A DNA stretch of 64,000 bases from the IMG/VR virus record IMGVR_UViG_3300036820_000003, positions 65,941 through 129,940 of that record; one strand, given 5' to 3'. The first letter of the stretch is position 1. Each line of letters starts with the position of its first letter. The notes beneath the pieces are model-generated. The model was given only the letters and a program-made list of their open reading frames with translations. It ran no database searches and was not told the origin of the DNA. The position numbers were made by a program, and so were the translations under genes. Below are positions 8,540-15,788 of this stretch, piece after piece. This DNA comes from a virus.

Positions 8540-9763
8540 CTAAGGGAGCGACGGCAGCGTGACGCCCGCCTCCTGCAGACGGGTTTTGATGTGATTGATC
8601 AGATGATACAGATCCCTGCAGTAAACGGACGGATTGTCGAATGATCCGACTCCGTTCTCGGTCGTCATGTAGCGATTCGGATAGTAGCCTCCTCCGCACA
8701 CGTCGAAGACGGGACAAGTCTGGCAGACGGCTGACGGAGCGGGAGGCGTGTACCCCGGATGGAGGGCTATCTGGTCAAGGGTGGAGGTTCGAACTGAGAG
8801 ACCTGTGGCGGAGCCTCCGTCCGCTGTGGAGCGGAGAGCGTCCAGCAACTCGGCGGAGCCGTCGGCGTTCACCGCGAGGGAACGAGATCGAGGCGGAGGG
8901 CCGATGAAGCCGGCGCGCACATCGCGTCCCAGCAGACGACTGATGATGATGCGGAAGAGGCGGATCTGAGGGGCTCCCGGATCCAGGTACCAGGCGTCGA
9001 AAATATTTTCGAGCCAATCAGACGTCCCTGCGGCAGGAGGGCGATCCCATGTCTTCAGGCGAGGCAGCAGATCCAGCATCGGCGGGGACTGCGAGCGCAG
9101 GAACCTGTACGTCTCCACGGGATCGGAGTCGAGATTGACCACCGCCAGCAGACCCCCGTAACTGGAAGTCCAGCGCGGGGAGCGCAGCAGGGCGAGGGCG
9201 TCCAGAACCTGAGACGTCGAGGAGGATCCGCTTTTGAAGGGACGATGCGAATTCTGGGCGTCGTTGCCGTCCAGGCTCACGCCGAAGCGAATCCCGGCTG
9301 GCGCGAGCGTCGTCAGCATGTCCTCGGTGAGGAGCGTCGCGTTGGTCTGCATGCTGAAGGTGAGAGTGGTTCCGGGGGGCGCCTCCGCTTTGAACGCGCT
9401 GACGATGTCGAGGATGCGAGCGGGACCCGCCAGCAGCGGCTCGCCTCCGTGCAGGATGACGCGGAAGCGAGGGACGCTGTGGGAGCGCAGGTAGGTGCCC
9501 AGACGCGCCGCGAGGGTCAGGTAGATCGAGGGGGATATGAATCTGGGCTGGACGAGCCAGCTAGTATCCGCGAGGGAGTACATGTAGCAGTAATCGCAGT
9601 CCAGATTGCAGCGCGACGCTATCTTGAGCACAAGCTCGCTAAATATCGGAGTTGAAGGGGGTGTCGGGACTGATCTTCGACTGGAAGAGGGAATCAGGGG
9701 CTGAGTCGTTTTCGTCTCTGATCGCGTTGTTGAAGGGGTAGATATCCGGGCTGTCGCTTCCAC
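8540..9763 (-). CDS. fxsB: FxsB-family cyclophane-forming radical SAM/SPASM peptide maturase
   Basis: LVLKIASRCNLDCDYCY (CxxxCxxC), ILHGGEPLL, QTNATLL, GVSLDG, C-terminal CQTCPVFDVCGGGYY...NPSVYCRDLY; GTG 9763 has GGAGGAG SD 7 nt upstream. Confidence 0.88.
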   Translation of the reverse strand: MEATARISTPSTTRSETKTTQPLIPSSSRRSVPTPPSTPIFSELVLKIASRCNLDCDYCYMYSLADTSWLVQPRFISPSIYLTLAARLGTYLRSHSVPRFRVILHGGEPLLAGPARILDIVSAFKAEAPPGTTLTFSMQTNATLLTEDMLTTLAPAGIRFGVSLDGNDAQNSHRPFKSGSSSTSQVLDALALLRSPRWTSSYGGLLAVVNLDSDPVETYRFLRSQSPPMLDLLPRLKTWDRPPAAGTSDWLENIFDAWYLDPGAPQIRLFRIIISRLLGRDVRAGFIGPPPRSRSLAVNADGSAELLDALRSTADGGSATGLSVRTSTLDQIALHPGYTPPAPSAVCQTCPVFDVCGGGYYPNRYMTTENGVGSFDNPSVYCRDLYHLINHIKTRLQEAGVTLPSLP

Positions 9764-9812
9764 AAGAGGTCTCCTCCAGGATGACGGCGAGGGGGGTGAT
9801 GGCGATGGGCAT
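9639..9812 (-). CDS. fxsA: FxSxx-COOH-type RiPP precursor peptide, 57 aa, three tandem cores
   Basis: Hand translation MPIAITPLAVILEETSCGSDSPDIYPFNNAIRDENDSAPDSLFQSKISPDTPFNSDI*; GAAAGG SD; ends FNSDI-COOH directly at the maturase; below ORF-track cutoff. Confidence 0.85.
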   Translation of the reverse strand: MPIAITPLAVILEETSCGSDSPDIYPFNNAIRDENDSAPDSLFQSKISPDTPFNSDI

Positions 9813-9836
9813 GAGACGGCTGCCTTTCGTTGCGGG

Positions 9837-10640
9837 CTATCTGAGGGTGCGGGTGTCGATGAGGCGGATGTTGGAGTCGTTGCCGTCGTAGTGCAGGCCG
9901 GTCACCAGGACGGGAGGGGCGTTGACCAGAGCGCGCTCGTGCAGCGTCTCGTGGAAGAGATGATAGTGCCCGTGGAACACCCGGGTGACTTTGGTTCTGA
10001 TGGCGATGTCCTGCAGGAGCCGGGAGTGCTGACGCGCGATGTGAATCATCGGCTTCCAGGACTCGTGCGGGCGCGGGAGCGACGGGACCCAGCAGTCCGG
10101 CACGTCATGCGAGAGCAGCACGTCGGCCGGTCCGTCGGCGATGATTGAGTCGGCCTGCTCGCGGGTGATCTGCTCGTCCGGCCACCAGTCCACCCCCTCG
10201 GTTCGAGAGTGACGATCGACGCTGACCGCGCCTCCGACCGCGAGCCAGGTCTTCGAATTCCAGTTCCAACGAGTGCCGCGAGGGAGATAGCTGATCGCTT
10301 GGAATCCGCGCAGTCGCAGCGGGTAGTCGTGAGGCTGCTCGTAAGCTGCGAGCAGCTCTTGGATTTCGGGCCACCACTCGTGATTCCCGTCGATCCACCA
10401 CAGCTCCATCCCGAGTTCGACCAGAGCGTTGTCGAGCTGCTGGATGGGCATGAGCCCGGCGGTCCAAGCGGCGGGCTCCATCAGCTTGAATCCGAAGTCG
10501 CCCAGCTGGATGACGATCTTCCGAGTCTCCCCGGCCTGGGCGAACTGGCCGTCGAGAGCCTCCAGGGCGTGCAGGGTCCACTTCAGATTCCCGTGCACGT
10601 CGCCGAGGAGTCCCACGAACTCGGGATCCTTGTCTTCCAT
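9837..10640 (-). CDS. Calcineurin-like metallophosphoesterase
   Basis: GDVHGN, QLGDFG, IDGNHE, LSHD, FHGHYH motifs; SD GAAGGACGA. Confidence 0.9.
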   Translation of the reverse strand: MEDKDPEFVGLLGDVHGNLKWTLHALEALDGQFAQAGETRKIVIQLGDFGFKLMEPAAWTAGLMPIQQLDNALVELGMELWWIDGNHEWWPEIQELLAAYEQPHDYPLRLRGFQAISYLPRGTRWNWNSKTWLAVGGAVSVDRHSRTEGVDWWPDEQITREQADSIIADGPADVLLSHDVPDCWVPSLPRPHESWKPMIHIARQHSRLLQDIAIRTKVTRVFHGHYHLFHETLHERALVNAPPVLVTGLHYDGNDSNIRLIDTRTLR

Positions 10641-10724
10641 TCGTCCTTCCGTCCTTCCGTGGGAGGGGGCGGGCTGCGCCCGCCCCCTCACTATATACCC
10701 GCGTGCGCGCGTGCGCGCGGGGGA

Positions 10725-11447
10725 TCAGGCGTCGGAGTCGGAGCCGGGAATCAGCCTCGAGCGCAGGGTGCGCGGGATGCTCGGGGTGACCTTGACGGAC
10801 GCGATGGTCGCGCCGTGCTCCAGACGCAGACGTGCGACGGCCGTGGCGACGGCCGCCGCAGCTCGCTCCTTGGCGACCTGCTCGCGCTGGGCTTGGCCGT
10901 AGTCGGACGGGAAGGCCGTCAGCGGCACGTCAAGCTCATGAGTCGTGATGACCCGGACGCGCATGACGGCGAGGGGAGCGGAGGGGGCTGACGAGGCGGA
11001 TTCAGGCTTCAGGATGCTGATCAGTTCCTTGCGCAGGTGAGCGGGAATCTCGTAATCGTCGATCCTCTCGCTGCTCAGATAGCCGATCATGCCGCTCCGC
11101 CAGGCCTCCCCCTGCGCGCGGAAGGCGCTGAGCCGGGTCTCCAGGACGGCGGACGTGTCATCCGCTCCGGCGGGGGGCAGGGGGACGTCGTAGACTGCCT
11201 GCTGACGGATGTGCTCCTCATCGAACTGGCTGTTGCGTCCCGGGATGCGCGGGACGCCGCGCGCTCGCAGCCAGTCGTTGGTGCCTTCGTGACACGGACC
11301 CGGGCCGCCGAAGTACACGCGCATCTTGTGCGCGTAGCGCGCCACCTCCACTCTCCAGGTGATCTGCCGGACGCGCTCCGCGTCGAGGGCGGACTGCAGC
11401 TCCTCCTGACGGGAAGGGCGGGGCGGGGATTCAATTGTCTCGGTCAT
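10725..11447 (-). CDS. Hypothetical protein, first gene of the leftward arm
   Basis: SD GGAAGGAAC before ATG 11447; downstream of a leftward promoter. Confidence 0.7.
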   Translation of the reverse strand: MTETIESPPRPSRQEELQSALDAERVRQITWRVEVARYAHKMRVYFGGPGPCHEGTNDWLRARGVPRIPGRNSQFDEEHIRQQAVYDVPLPPAGADDTSAVLETRLSAFRAQGEAWRSGMIGYLSSERIDDYEIPAHLRKELISILKPESASSAPSAPLAVMRVRVITTHELDVPLTAFPSDYGQAQREQVAKERAAAAVATAVARLRLEHGATIASVKVTPSIPRTLRSRLIPGSDSDA

Positions 11448-11484
11448 TGCGTTCCTTCCGGGTGCTTGCGTTTGCCGCACTTTT

Positions 11485-11513
11485 AGTGTACTGGCGGGGA
11501 GGTGGCGCGTAAA
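11485..11513 (-). promoter_or_regulatory. SigA-type promoter for the leftward arm (TTTACG-17-TACACT)
   Basis: Hexamers at 11513-11508 and 11490-11485 with 17-nt spacer. Confidence 0.65.
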
Positions 11514-11532
11514 CAGCTTTGACGGGGTTGAG

Positions 11533-11562
11533 TTGCGGGGATGGGGTGCGCTGGTGTATGCT
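11533..11562 (+). promoter_or_regulatory. Divergent promoter for the tRNA cluster (TTGCGG-18-TATGCT)
   Basis: Hexamers at 11533-38 and 11557-62, back-to-back with the leftward promoter. Confidence 0.5.
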
Positions 11563-11569
11563 TTTAGTA

Positions 11570-11659
11570 GCAGGCGGGCGGGTTGAGGTTGCCCCCCACC
11601 TATGGTGACTTACCCGTGAGCGTGGTTAGGCGCTCCCGGCTGAGGACCGGTCCGTCTGC
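11570..11659 (+). ncRNA. Candidate multibranched structured RNA at the 5' end of the tRNA transcript
   Basis: 10-bp closing stem 11570-79/11650-59 enclosing GAGCG/CGCTC and other hairpins; begins at the predicted +1. Confidence 0.3.
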
Positions 11660-11660
11660 A

Positions 11661-11704
11661 GCTGACCGTCGTCGGTCTTCGGGGTTTTCCCGATGACGGT
11701 CAGT
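11661..11704 (+). other. 15-bp RNA hairpin immediately before tRNA-fMet (processing signal?)
   Basis: GCTGACCGTCGTCGG/CCGATGACGGTCAGT. Confidence 0.55.
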
Positions 11705-11707
11705 CGA

Positions 11708-11781
11708 CGCGGGGTGGTGCAGTTAGGTGGCACGCTGGGCTCATAATCCAGAGGTCGGAGGTTCAAATCCTTCCCCCGCAA
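11708..11781 (+). tRNA. tRNA-Met(CAT), initiator-like
   Basis: C1:A72 mismatch, CT-CAT-AA loop, GGTTCAAATCC T-arm; no encoded CCA. Confidence 0.92.
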
Positions 11782-11806
11782 CTAGGTTGACAACTGAATA
11801 CGTCAG

Positions 11807-11888
11807 GCCAGGTTGCCCGAGTGACCAAAGGGAGCGGACTGTAAATCCGTCGACGTAGTCTACCCAGGTTTGAATCCTGGACCTGGCA
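11807..11888 (+). tRNA. tRNA-Tyr(GTA)
   Basis: GCCAGGT/ACCTGGC acceptor, CT-GTA-AA loop, long variable arm, GGTTTGAATCC T-arm. Confidence 0.92.
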
Positions 11889-11966
11889 CGAGGGTCATCT
11901 CGCTAGAGCTCTGACACCAGTGTCAAGCAGGCCCCTGATCGTTCAAGTCGAGGCAGAAGCCTGCCT

Positions 11967-12037
11967 GCGGATGTAGCTCAATGGCAGAGTTCCAGCTTCC
12001 CAAGCTGGTTACGCGGGTTCGATTCCCGTCATCCGCT
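11967..12037 (+). tRNA. tRNA-Gly(CCC)
   Basis: GCGGATG/CATCCGC acceptor, CCAGC-TTCCCAA-GCTGG arm, GGTTCGATTCC T-arm. Confidence 0.95.
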
Positions 12038-12055
12038 CGGAAAGGAAGGTGGAAG

Positions 12056-12289
12056 ATGACAGCGGGCAAGAAGAAGTCGAACCTGCATCGCAAGGAGTCG
12101 CGCGCGGGTCGCTGGAAGTCGGGTCAGGAGCGCAAGCGGGCTCGTCGGGAGAGGCAGGCGGCTGCCGCCGCTCGGAATAAAGCGACTCGCGCGGCTGGCG
12201 GGATGACGCCGTGGGATGCGGCGTGCGCGGCGGCTCGGGTGCGTCGGGCGGCTCGCAGGTCGGCGGCGGCGGCGGTGGGGGGTGCTTGA
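12056..12289 (+). CDS. Small highly basic protein
   Basis: SD AAGGAAGG; Arg/Lys/Ala-rich 77 aa. Confidence 0.6.
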   Translation: MTAGKKKSNLHRKESRAGRWKSGQERKRARRERQAAAAARNKATRAAGGMTPWDAACAAARVRRAARRSAAAAVGGA

Positions 12290-12868
12290 GTGGGCGCGAA
12301 CCTGGGCGGTGGAACTGGGGCTCTACGGCAGGGAGCTGAGATACGGGGCGGCGGAACGTCGTCGGGTGTACGCTCCTCGACACTCCGGGGGGTGGAAGGG
12401 GGTCGGATGGAAGTGGAAGGTGACGCTGTGGATGATGGCGATATTGCTGGCGACGGCAGCGTCGTGGGCGTTGGCGATCGGCAGCTGAAGGAGCGACCTC
12501 CGGAGTTCCTGTGGGCGGCGGAGGTGGCGCGAATCGTCTGGGAGGCGAACAGGGCCATCCAGGTGCGCGACGGCGAGGAAGTTCCCGACGTTCCGTGGGA
12601 TGCGGCGGAGTGGCATCGCAAGAAGGCTGTCATCTTCGGGGTCATGAAGATGCGCGACGGCTCAATCCGGGGTGCTCAGGAAGCGCACGTATTCTGGTGG
12701 GAGTACATGTCGTCAAAGGGCTGGGAGTGGGGCGAGGTGAAGGATCCCGGGATGCGGAGGCACCCTTTGCTGAAAGAGTGGGGCGAGCTGACGTCCAGGG
12801 AGCAGCTGGCTCAGAGAGCAAGCTGGGAGATCGTGCAGCTGGTGATGGCGTCGGAAGTAGAAGGATGA
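12290..12868 (+). CDS. RyR-domain-like phage protein (true start probably internal)
   Basis: ARIVWEANRA...EAHVFWW...KGWEWGEVKDPGMRRHPLLKEWGEL matches the phage RyR-repeat pattern. Confidence 0.65.
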   Translation: MGANLGGGTGALRQGAEIRGGGTSSGVRSSTLRGVEGGRMEVEGDAVDDGDIAGDGSVVGVGDRQLKERPPEFLWAAEVARIVWEANRAIQVRDGEEVPDVPWDAAEWHRKKAVIFGVMKMRDGSIRGAQEAHVFWWEYMSSKGWEWGEVKDPGMRRHPLLKEWGELTSREQLAQRASWEIVQLVMASEVEG

Positions 12869-12880
12869 TATAGTCGCTAT

Positions 12881-13480
12881 GTGAGCGACGATGTGAGGGA
12901 GAGGATCTCAGCGCTGCGCGCTGAGGTCCTTTTGCTTGATGAGAGGCTCAGGGCGGCCGTAGCTCATCAATCGAAAACCAGTTCGAATGGAGGAGGGGGA
13001 GGAGGGGGAGGTAAGATCTCGCATTCTCCCCCGCCGTGGAACGCGGCGGCCGGACTGTGTCGGATGGATCTGCACGCGCTGGCGCGGGAGATCGAGCGAA
13101 CGTGGAGATCGGAAGGGCGACTCAGGGTCAAGGCGCGCGGGGGTTCCGACGCGAACACGCGCGGGGCTCTGGAGGCGCTGGACGCGCTTTTGCTCGTAGT
13201 GCCGGGATGGCTGGTGGCGGACTCGATGCGTCAGCTTGCGAAGTGGGGTCTGCGAGCCGGGGTGATCCTGGGGGATCTGGAGCAGCCGCGTCGGCTGCCG
13301 GGGGATGTGGCGTGTCCTTATTGTTCCATGAAGACCTTGCGCATGTGGGCGGGAGCTGGCATAGTTCGCTGTGTCAACCCCTCGTGCACGATGGAAGACG
13401 GCGGAAAGGCCGTCGCGACTCCGGAGTGGATCGACGGGGAGGGAATTCGACTGACATGGCAGGACGGGAGAGTGCTGTGA
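12881..13480 (+). CDS. Hypothetical protein with C-terminal zinc ribbon
   Basis: CPYC...CVNPSC; coupled to next gene (GTGA). Confidence 0.65.
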   Translation: MSDDVRERISALRAEVLLLDERLRAAVAHQSKTSSNGGGGGGGGKISHSPPPWNAAAGLCRMDLHALAREIERTWRSEGRLRVKARGGSDANTRGALEALDALLLVVPGWLVADSMRQLAKWGLRAGVILGDLEQPRRLPGDVACPYCSMKTLRMWAGAGIVRCVNPSCTMEDGGKAVATPEWIDGEGIRLTWQDGRVL

Positions 13481-14034
13481 CTCAAGGAGCGGGGGACGGG
13501 GGGGCTTCAATTGCAACTGTTCCTCCGGAAGGGGTTCGGGAGGGCGACTTCCGGATTGTGCGAGTGAGGGGAATCGGCGGATGGGGGATATCCGTCGGTC
13601 AGATGCTGAACGGAGAGCGACTCTCGTGGCACGATCACGCTGAAGTGTTCCTGGGAGTTGTCGGGAACGCGAATGCGACGGCGAGCGCGTATCCGGATCG
13701 TCGAGGAATCCAGCTGTATGAGAGAGCTGAGCAGGAAGTCTGGTCGACGGGGGTTATCGAGCTTTCGGACGCTCAGCGGACGGGAATCGTCAACTGGTGC
13801 CTGGGGCATCCCTGCGTCCAGTACGGCTGGCTGGACTACGCGGCGCTGATCCTGCATCGACTGGGGATGAAGGATCCTGCTTTGCGACGCTATATCGCTG
13901 CATCGGGACACGATATCTGCTCGCAATATGCGTCGCTGGCGTATCTGCACGGGGGCGGAATGGATCTTTTTCCGGGGGAGTGGGAAGGGTACGTGACTCC
14001 GGAGATGCTGGCCGGGAGGGTGGGACAGGCGTGA
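13477..14034 (+). CDS. Permuted papain-like (NlpC/P60, YaeF/YiiX-type) amidase/peptidase
   Basis: His first (HDHAEV), YGWLDY, Cys late (ICSQYAS), YVTPEML; GTG start overlaps upstream stop. Confidence 0.7.
   Translation: MTQGAGDGGASIATVPPEGVREGDFRIVRVRGIGGWGISVGQMLNGERLSWHDHAEVFLGVVGNANATASAYPDRRGIQLYERAEQEVWSTGVIELSDAQRTGIVNWCLGHPCVQYGWLDYAALILHRLGMKDPALRRYIAASGHDICSQYASLAYLHGGGMDLFPGEWEGYVTPEMLAGRVGQA
13495..13520 (+). repeat. 26-bp dispersed repeat, copy inside the peptidase gene
   Basis: GACGGGGGGGCTTCAATTGCAACTGT, identical at 21380-21405; 21 nt also at 3937-3957. Confidence 0.9.
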
Positions 14035-14351
14035 GCTGGGAGTCGCGTGAGCTGGGAGTCGTCGGATTTCAAGGAGACCGCTGGTCCACGGCCGACGCCG
14101 CGTGGCTGCTGGGAGTGGAGGAGCGGGATGTGCGAGATGCGATTCGGAGGGAGGGGGTGGAGGCTGTGGGAAAGAGAAAGTCGCTCTGGGGCGGCACGCG
14201 GCACGTTAGGGTTTTTCTCGCCGACGACATTCTGAGAGTTTTGGGGATGGGAGTTGAAAAATTTTTTTGGAGGGCTGACCTGGGGTTACGCGGTTATTTT
14301 TTGGTTTTGCGTTGGCGGAAGGGAGTTTGGTGCTATGTTATGGCATACTAA
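14031..14351 (+). CDS. Helix-turn-helix DNA-binding protein (excisionase/MerR-like)
   Basis: WSTADAAWLLGVEERDVRDAIRR pattern; GTGA coupling. Confidence 0.5.
   Translation: MSWESRELGVVGFQGDRWSTADAAWLLGVEERDVRDAIRREGVEAVGKRKSLWGGTRHVRVFLADDILRVLGMGVEKFFWRADLGLRGYFLVLRWRKGVWCYVMAY
14312..14339 (+). promoter_or_regulatory. Extended -10 promoter for the LysM gene (TTGGCG-16-TGcTATGTT)
   Basis: TG at 14331-32, -10 at 14334-39, AT-rich upstream tract. Confidence 0.5.
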
Positions 14352-14487
14352 AGCCAGCGGGGGTTTCATCTCCTGATGCGACTGGCTGGAGTGATCCAGT
14401 CCCGCCAGGAAGATTCACCCTGACCCTGTGAATTGGAACGGAAACCGGGACGCCACGCTCCTACGGGAGCTGACACCGGAGATCTGA
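14350..14487 (+). promoter_or_regulatory. Structured 5' leader (candidate cis-regulatory RNA)
   Basis: Several hairpins including GCTCC-TACG-GGAGC and ATTCAC/GTGAAT; SD could be sequestered. Confidence 0.35.
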
Positions 14488-15198
14488 ATGAACGTGAGGC
14501 CCAAGGTCTCAACGGTCGCGTCCGTCGCATTCGTCACGGGAGCCCTGCTAGCCGGGGTTGCGACCAGCGCATCAGCAAGCTCAGTTGCTAAGACTCAACC
14601 CGCTCGCGTCGGAATGCACGCGACGCTCATCGCGGAAGTGACACGCGCGACTGTCACGGGGAGTCGGGAGTATCGAGTGATCGGGGGCGACACGCTCTCC
14701 GAAATCAGTCGGAAGGAATACGGAACCGGCGGATGCTGGCGCGGCATCTGGACGGCGAATTCATCCTCGATATCTGATCCCAATCTCATCTACGTCGGTC
14801 AGGAACTCACGATTCCCGGCGAGTGCGACAGAGGTGACGGGGGGGGCGTCCGGACTGTCTCCAAGGTGACGCCTGTGCCCGCGCCCGCGCCCGCGCCCGC
14901 GCCCTCTTCCGGAAGCGGGGGATTCTACGATGACGTCCTCAGCTACGGACAGATCGAGGAGCTGTGGGACGACGCCGGGGGGCCGGGATGGGCGGCTGCG
15001 GAGTCAGCTTCGATAGCCGAGTGCGAGAGCGGCGGGAATCGATTCGCGTACAATCCCTCGGGGGCGACCGGGATCTGGCAGATCCTCGGTCAGGTGACGG
15101 ACTTCGGTCGGAGTCTCGACGACCCGTGGGTGAACGCAGCGAACGCAGTTTCGAAATTCAGGGCCTCGGGAGACACATTCGCTCAGTGGGTTTGCTAG
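14488..15198 (+). CDS. Secreted LysM-domain lytic transglycosylase-like protein
   Basis: Signal peptide; LysM YRVIGGDTLSEIS...DPNLIYVGQELTIP; PA linker; IAECESGGN..A.NPSGATGIWQI lysozyme-like motif. Confidence 0.85.
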   Translation: MNVRPKVSTVASVAFVTGALLAGVATSASASSVAKTQPARVGMHATLIAEVTRATVTGSREYRVIGGDTLSEISRKEYGTGGCWRGIWTANSSSISDPNLIYVGQELTIPGECDRGDGGGVRTVSKVTPVPAPAPAPAPSSGSGGFYDDVLSYGQIEELWDDAGGPGWAAAESASIAECESGGNRFAYNPSGATGIWQILGQVTDFGRSLDDPWVNAANAVSKFRASGDTFAQWVC

Positions 15199-15264
15199 CC
15201 GCGCGGGATGGGGGTACACTTAGGTGTGTCCCCGTCCCTGCGGGGTAGGACACCCGGAGGTGTC

Positions 15265-15594
15265 ATGAGAAACTGGCTAAGGGACACGCTAGCCCGAATC
15301 GAGCAGAAGGTGGACAAAATCATGTCGCAGCAGGATGACATCAACGCGGACGTGGCAGGCATCCAGACGGCGATCGCCGGACTGACCGCCGCTGACGCTC
15401 AGCTCGCCACGGACGTGACGGCTATCCAGGCGGCACTCGCGGCGCTTCCCCCGGAGGTGGACACGTCGGCGCTTGACGCGGCGGTGGCGTCGCTGGGATC
15501 GACCTCGACCGCGTTCACGACGGCAGTCGGCTCGGTCACGGCGCTGGTGCCGGGCGGGACGGCCGCGACTACGCCGGTGACGCCGGCATCGTAG
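15265..15594 (+). CDS. Ala/Thr-rich coiled-coil protein
   Basis: SD GGAGG; heptad-like repeats. Confidence 0.7.
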   Translation: MRNWLRDTLARIEQKVDKIMSQQDDINADVAGIQTAIAGLTAADAQLATDVTAIQAALAALPPEVDTSALDAAVASLGSTSTAFTTAVGSVTALVPGGTAATTPVTPAS

Positions 15595-15644
15595 GGGCGG
15601 CCGTGGTATACTTGGGTTATAGTATGCCAACGGAAGGATGTTAC

Positions 15645-15788
15645 ATGGACGTCAAGAGCCACGCCAACGGAAACGGCCCGGCATTGCTGAGCTTCGCCAA
15701 CGGAAATGGGAGGGACGTTGTGAGCAAGACGCAGCGTGACTCCGGATTCTGGATCAGGGATGTCCACTGGTGGGTGATGGTGTTATGA
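15645..15788 (+). CDS. 47-aa peptide, NGNG x2, C-terminal VHWWVMVL
   Basis: SD GGAAGGA; extended -10 TGgTATACT at 15604-12; paralogous to the next peptide. Confidence 0.6.
   Translation: MDVKSHANGNGPALLSFANGNGRDVVSKTQRDSGFWIRDVHWWVMVL

Noticed and set aside
9837-10640. Metallophosphoesterase as a dedicated RiPP enzyme
   Set aside because: A common stand-alone actinophage gene; only adjacency supports a link
11640-11646. CUGAGGA hammerhead-like core
   Set aside because: No matching GAAA or stem II/III geometry
11981-12055. N-terminal extension of ORF 11981-12289
   Set aside because: Overlaps tRNA-Gly; the SD supports ATG 12056
13036-13476. N-terminal 147 aa of ORF 13036-14034
   Set aside because: Overlaps the 12881-13480 gene; GTG 13477 coupling is more plausible
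14350-14487. c-di-AMP (ydaO) or c-di-GMP-I riboswitch call
   Set aside because: Hallmark GCUGAAUCC, GGGGUGAA and CCCGAACCCG elements are missing; only fragmentary resemblance to c-di-GMP-I; kept as unassigned leader
14875-14905. Short tandem repeats (PAPAPA; also KGGKGGKGG near 33730 and GSGSGS near 48880)
   Set aside because: Ordinary low-complexity linkers
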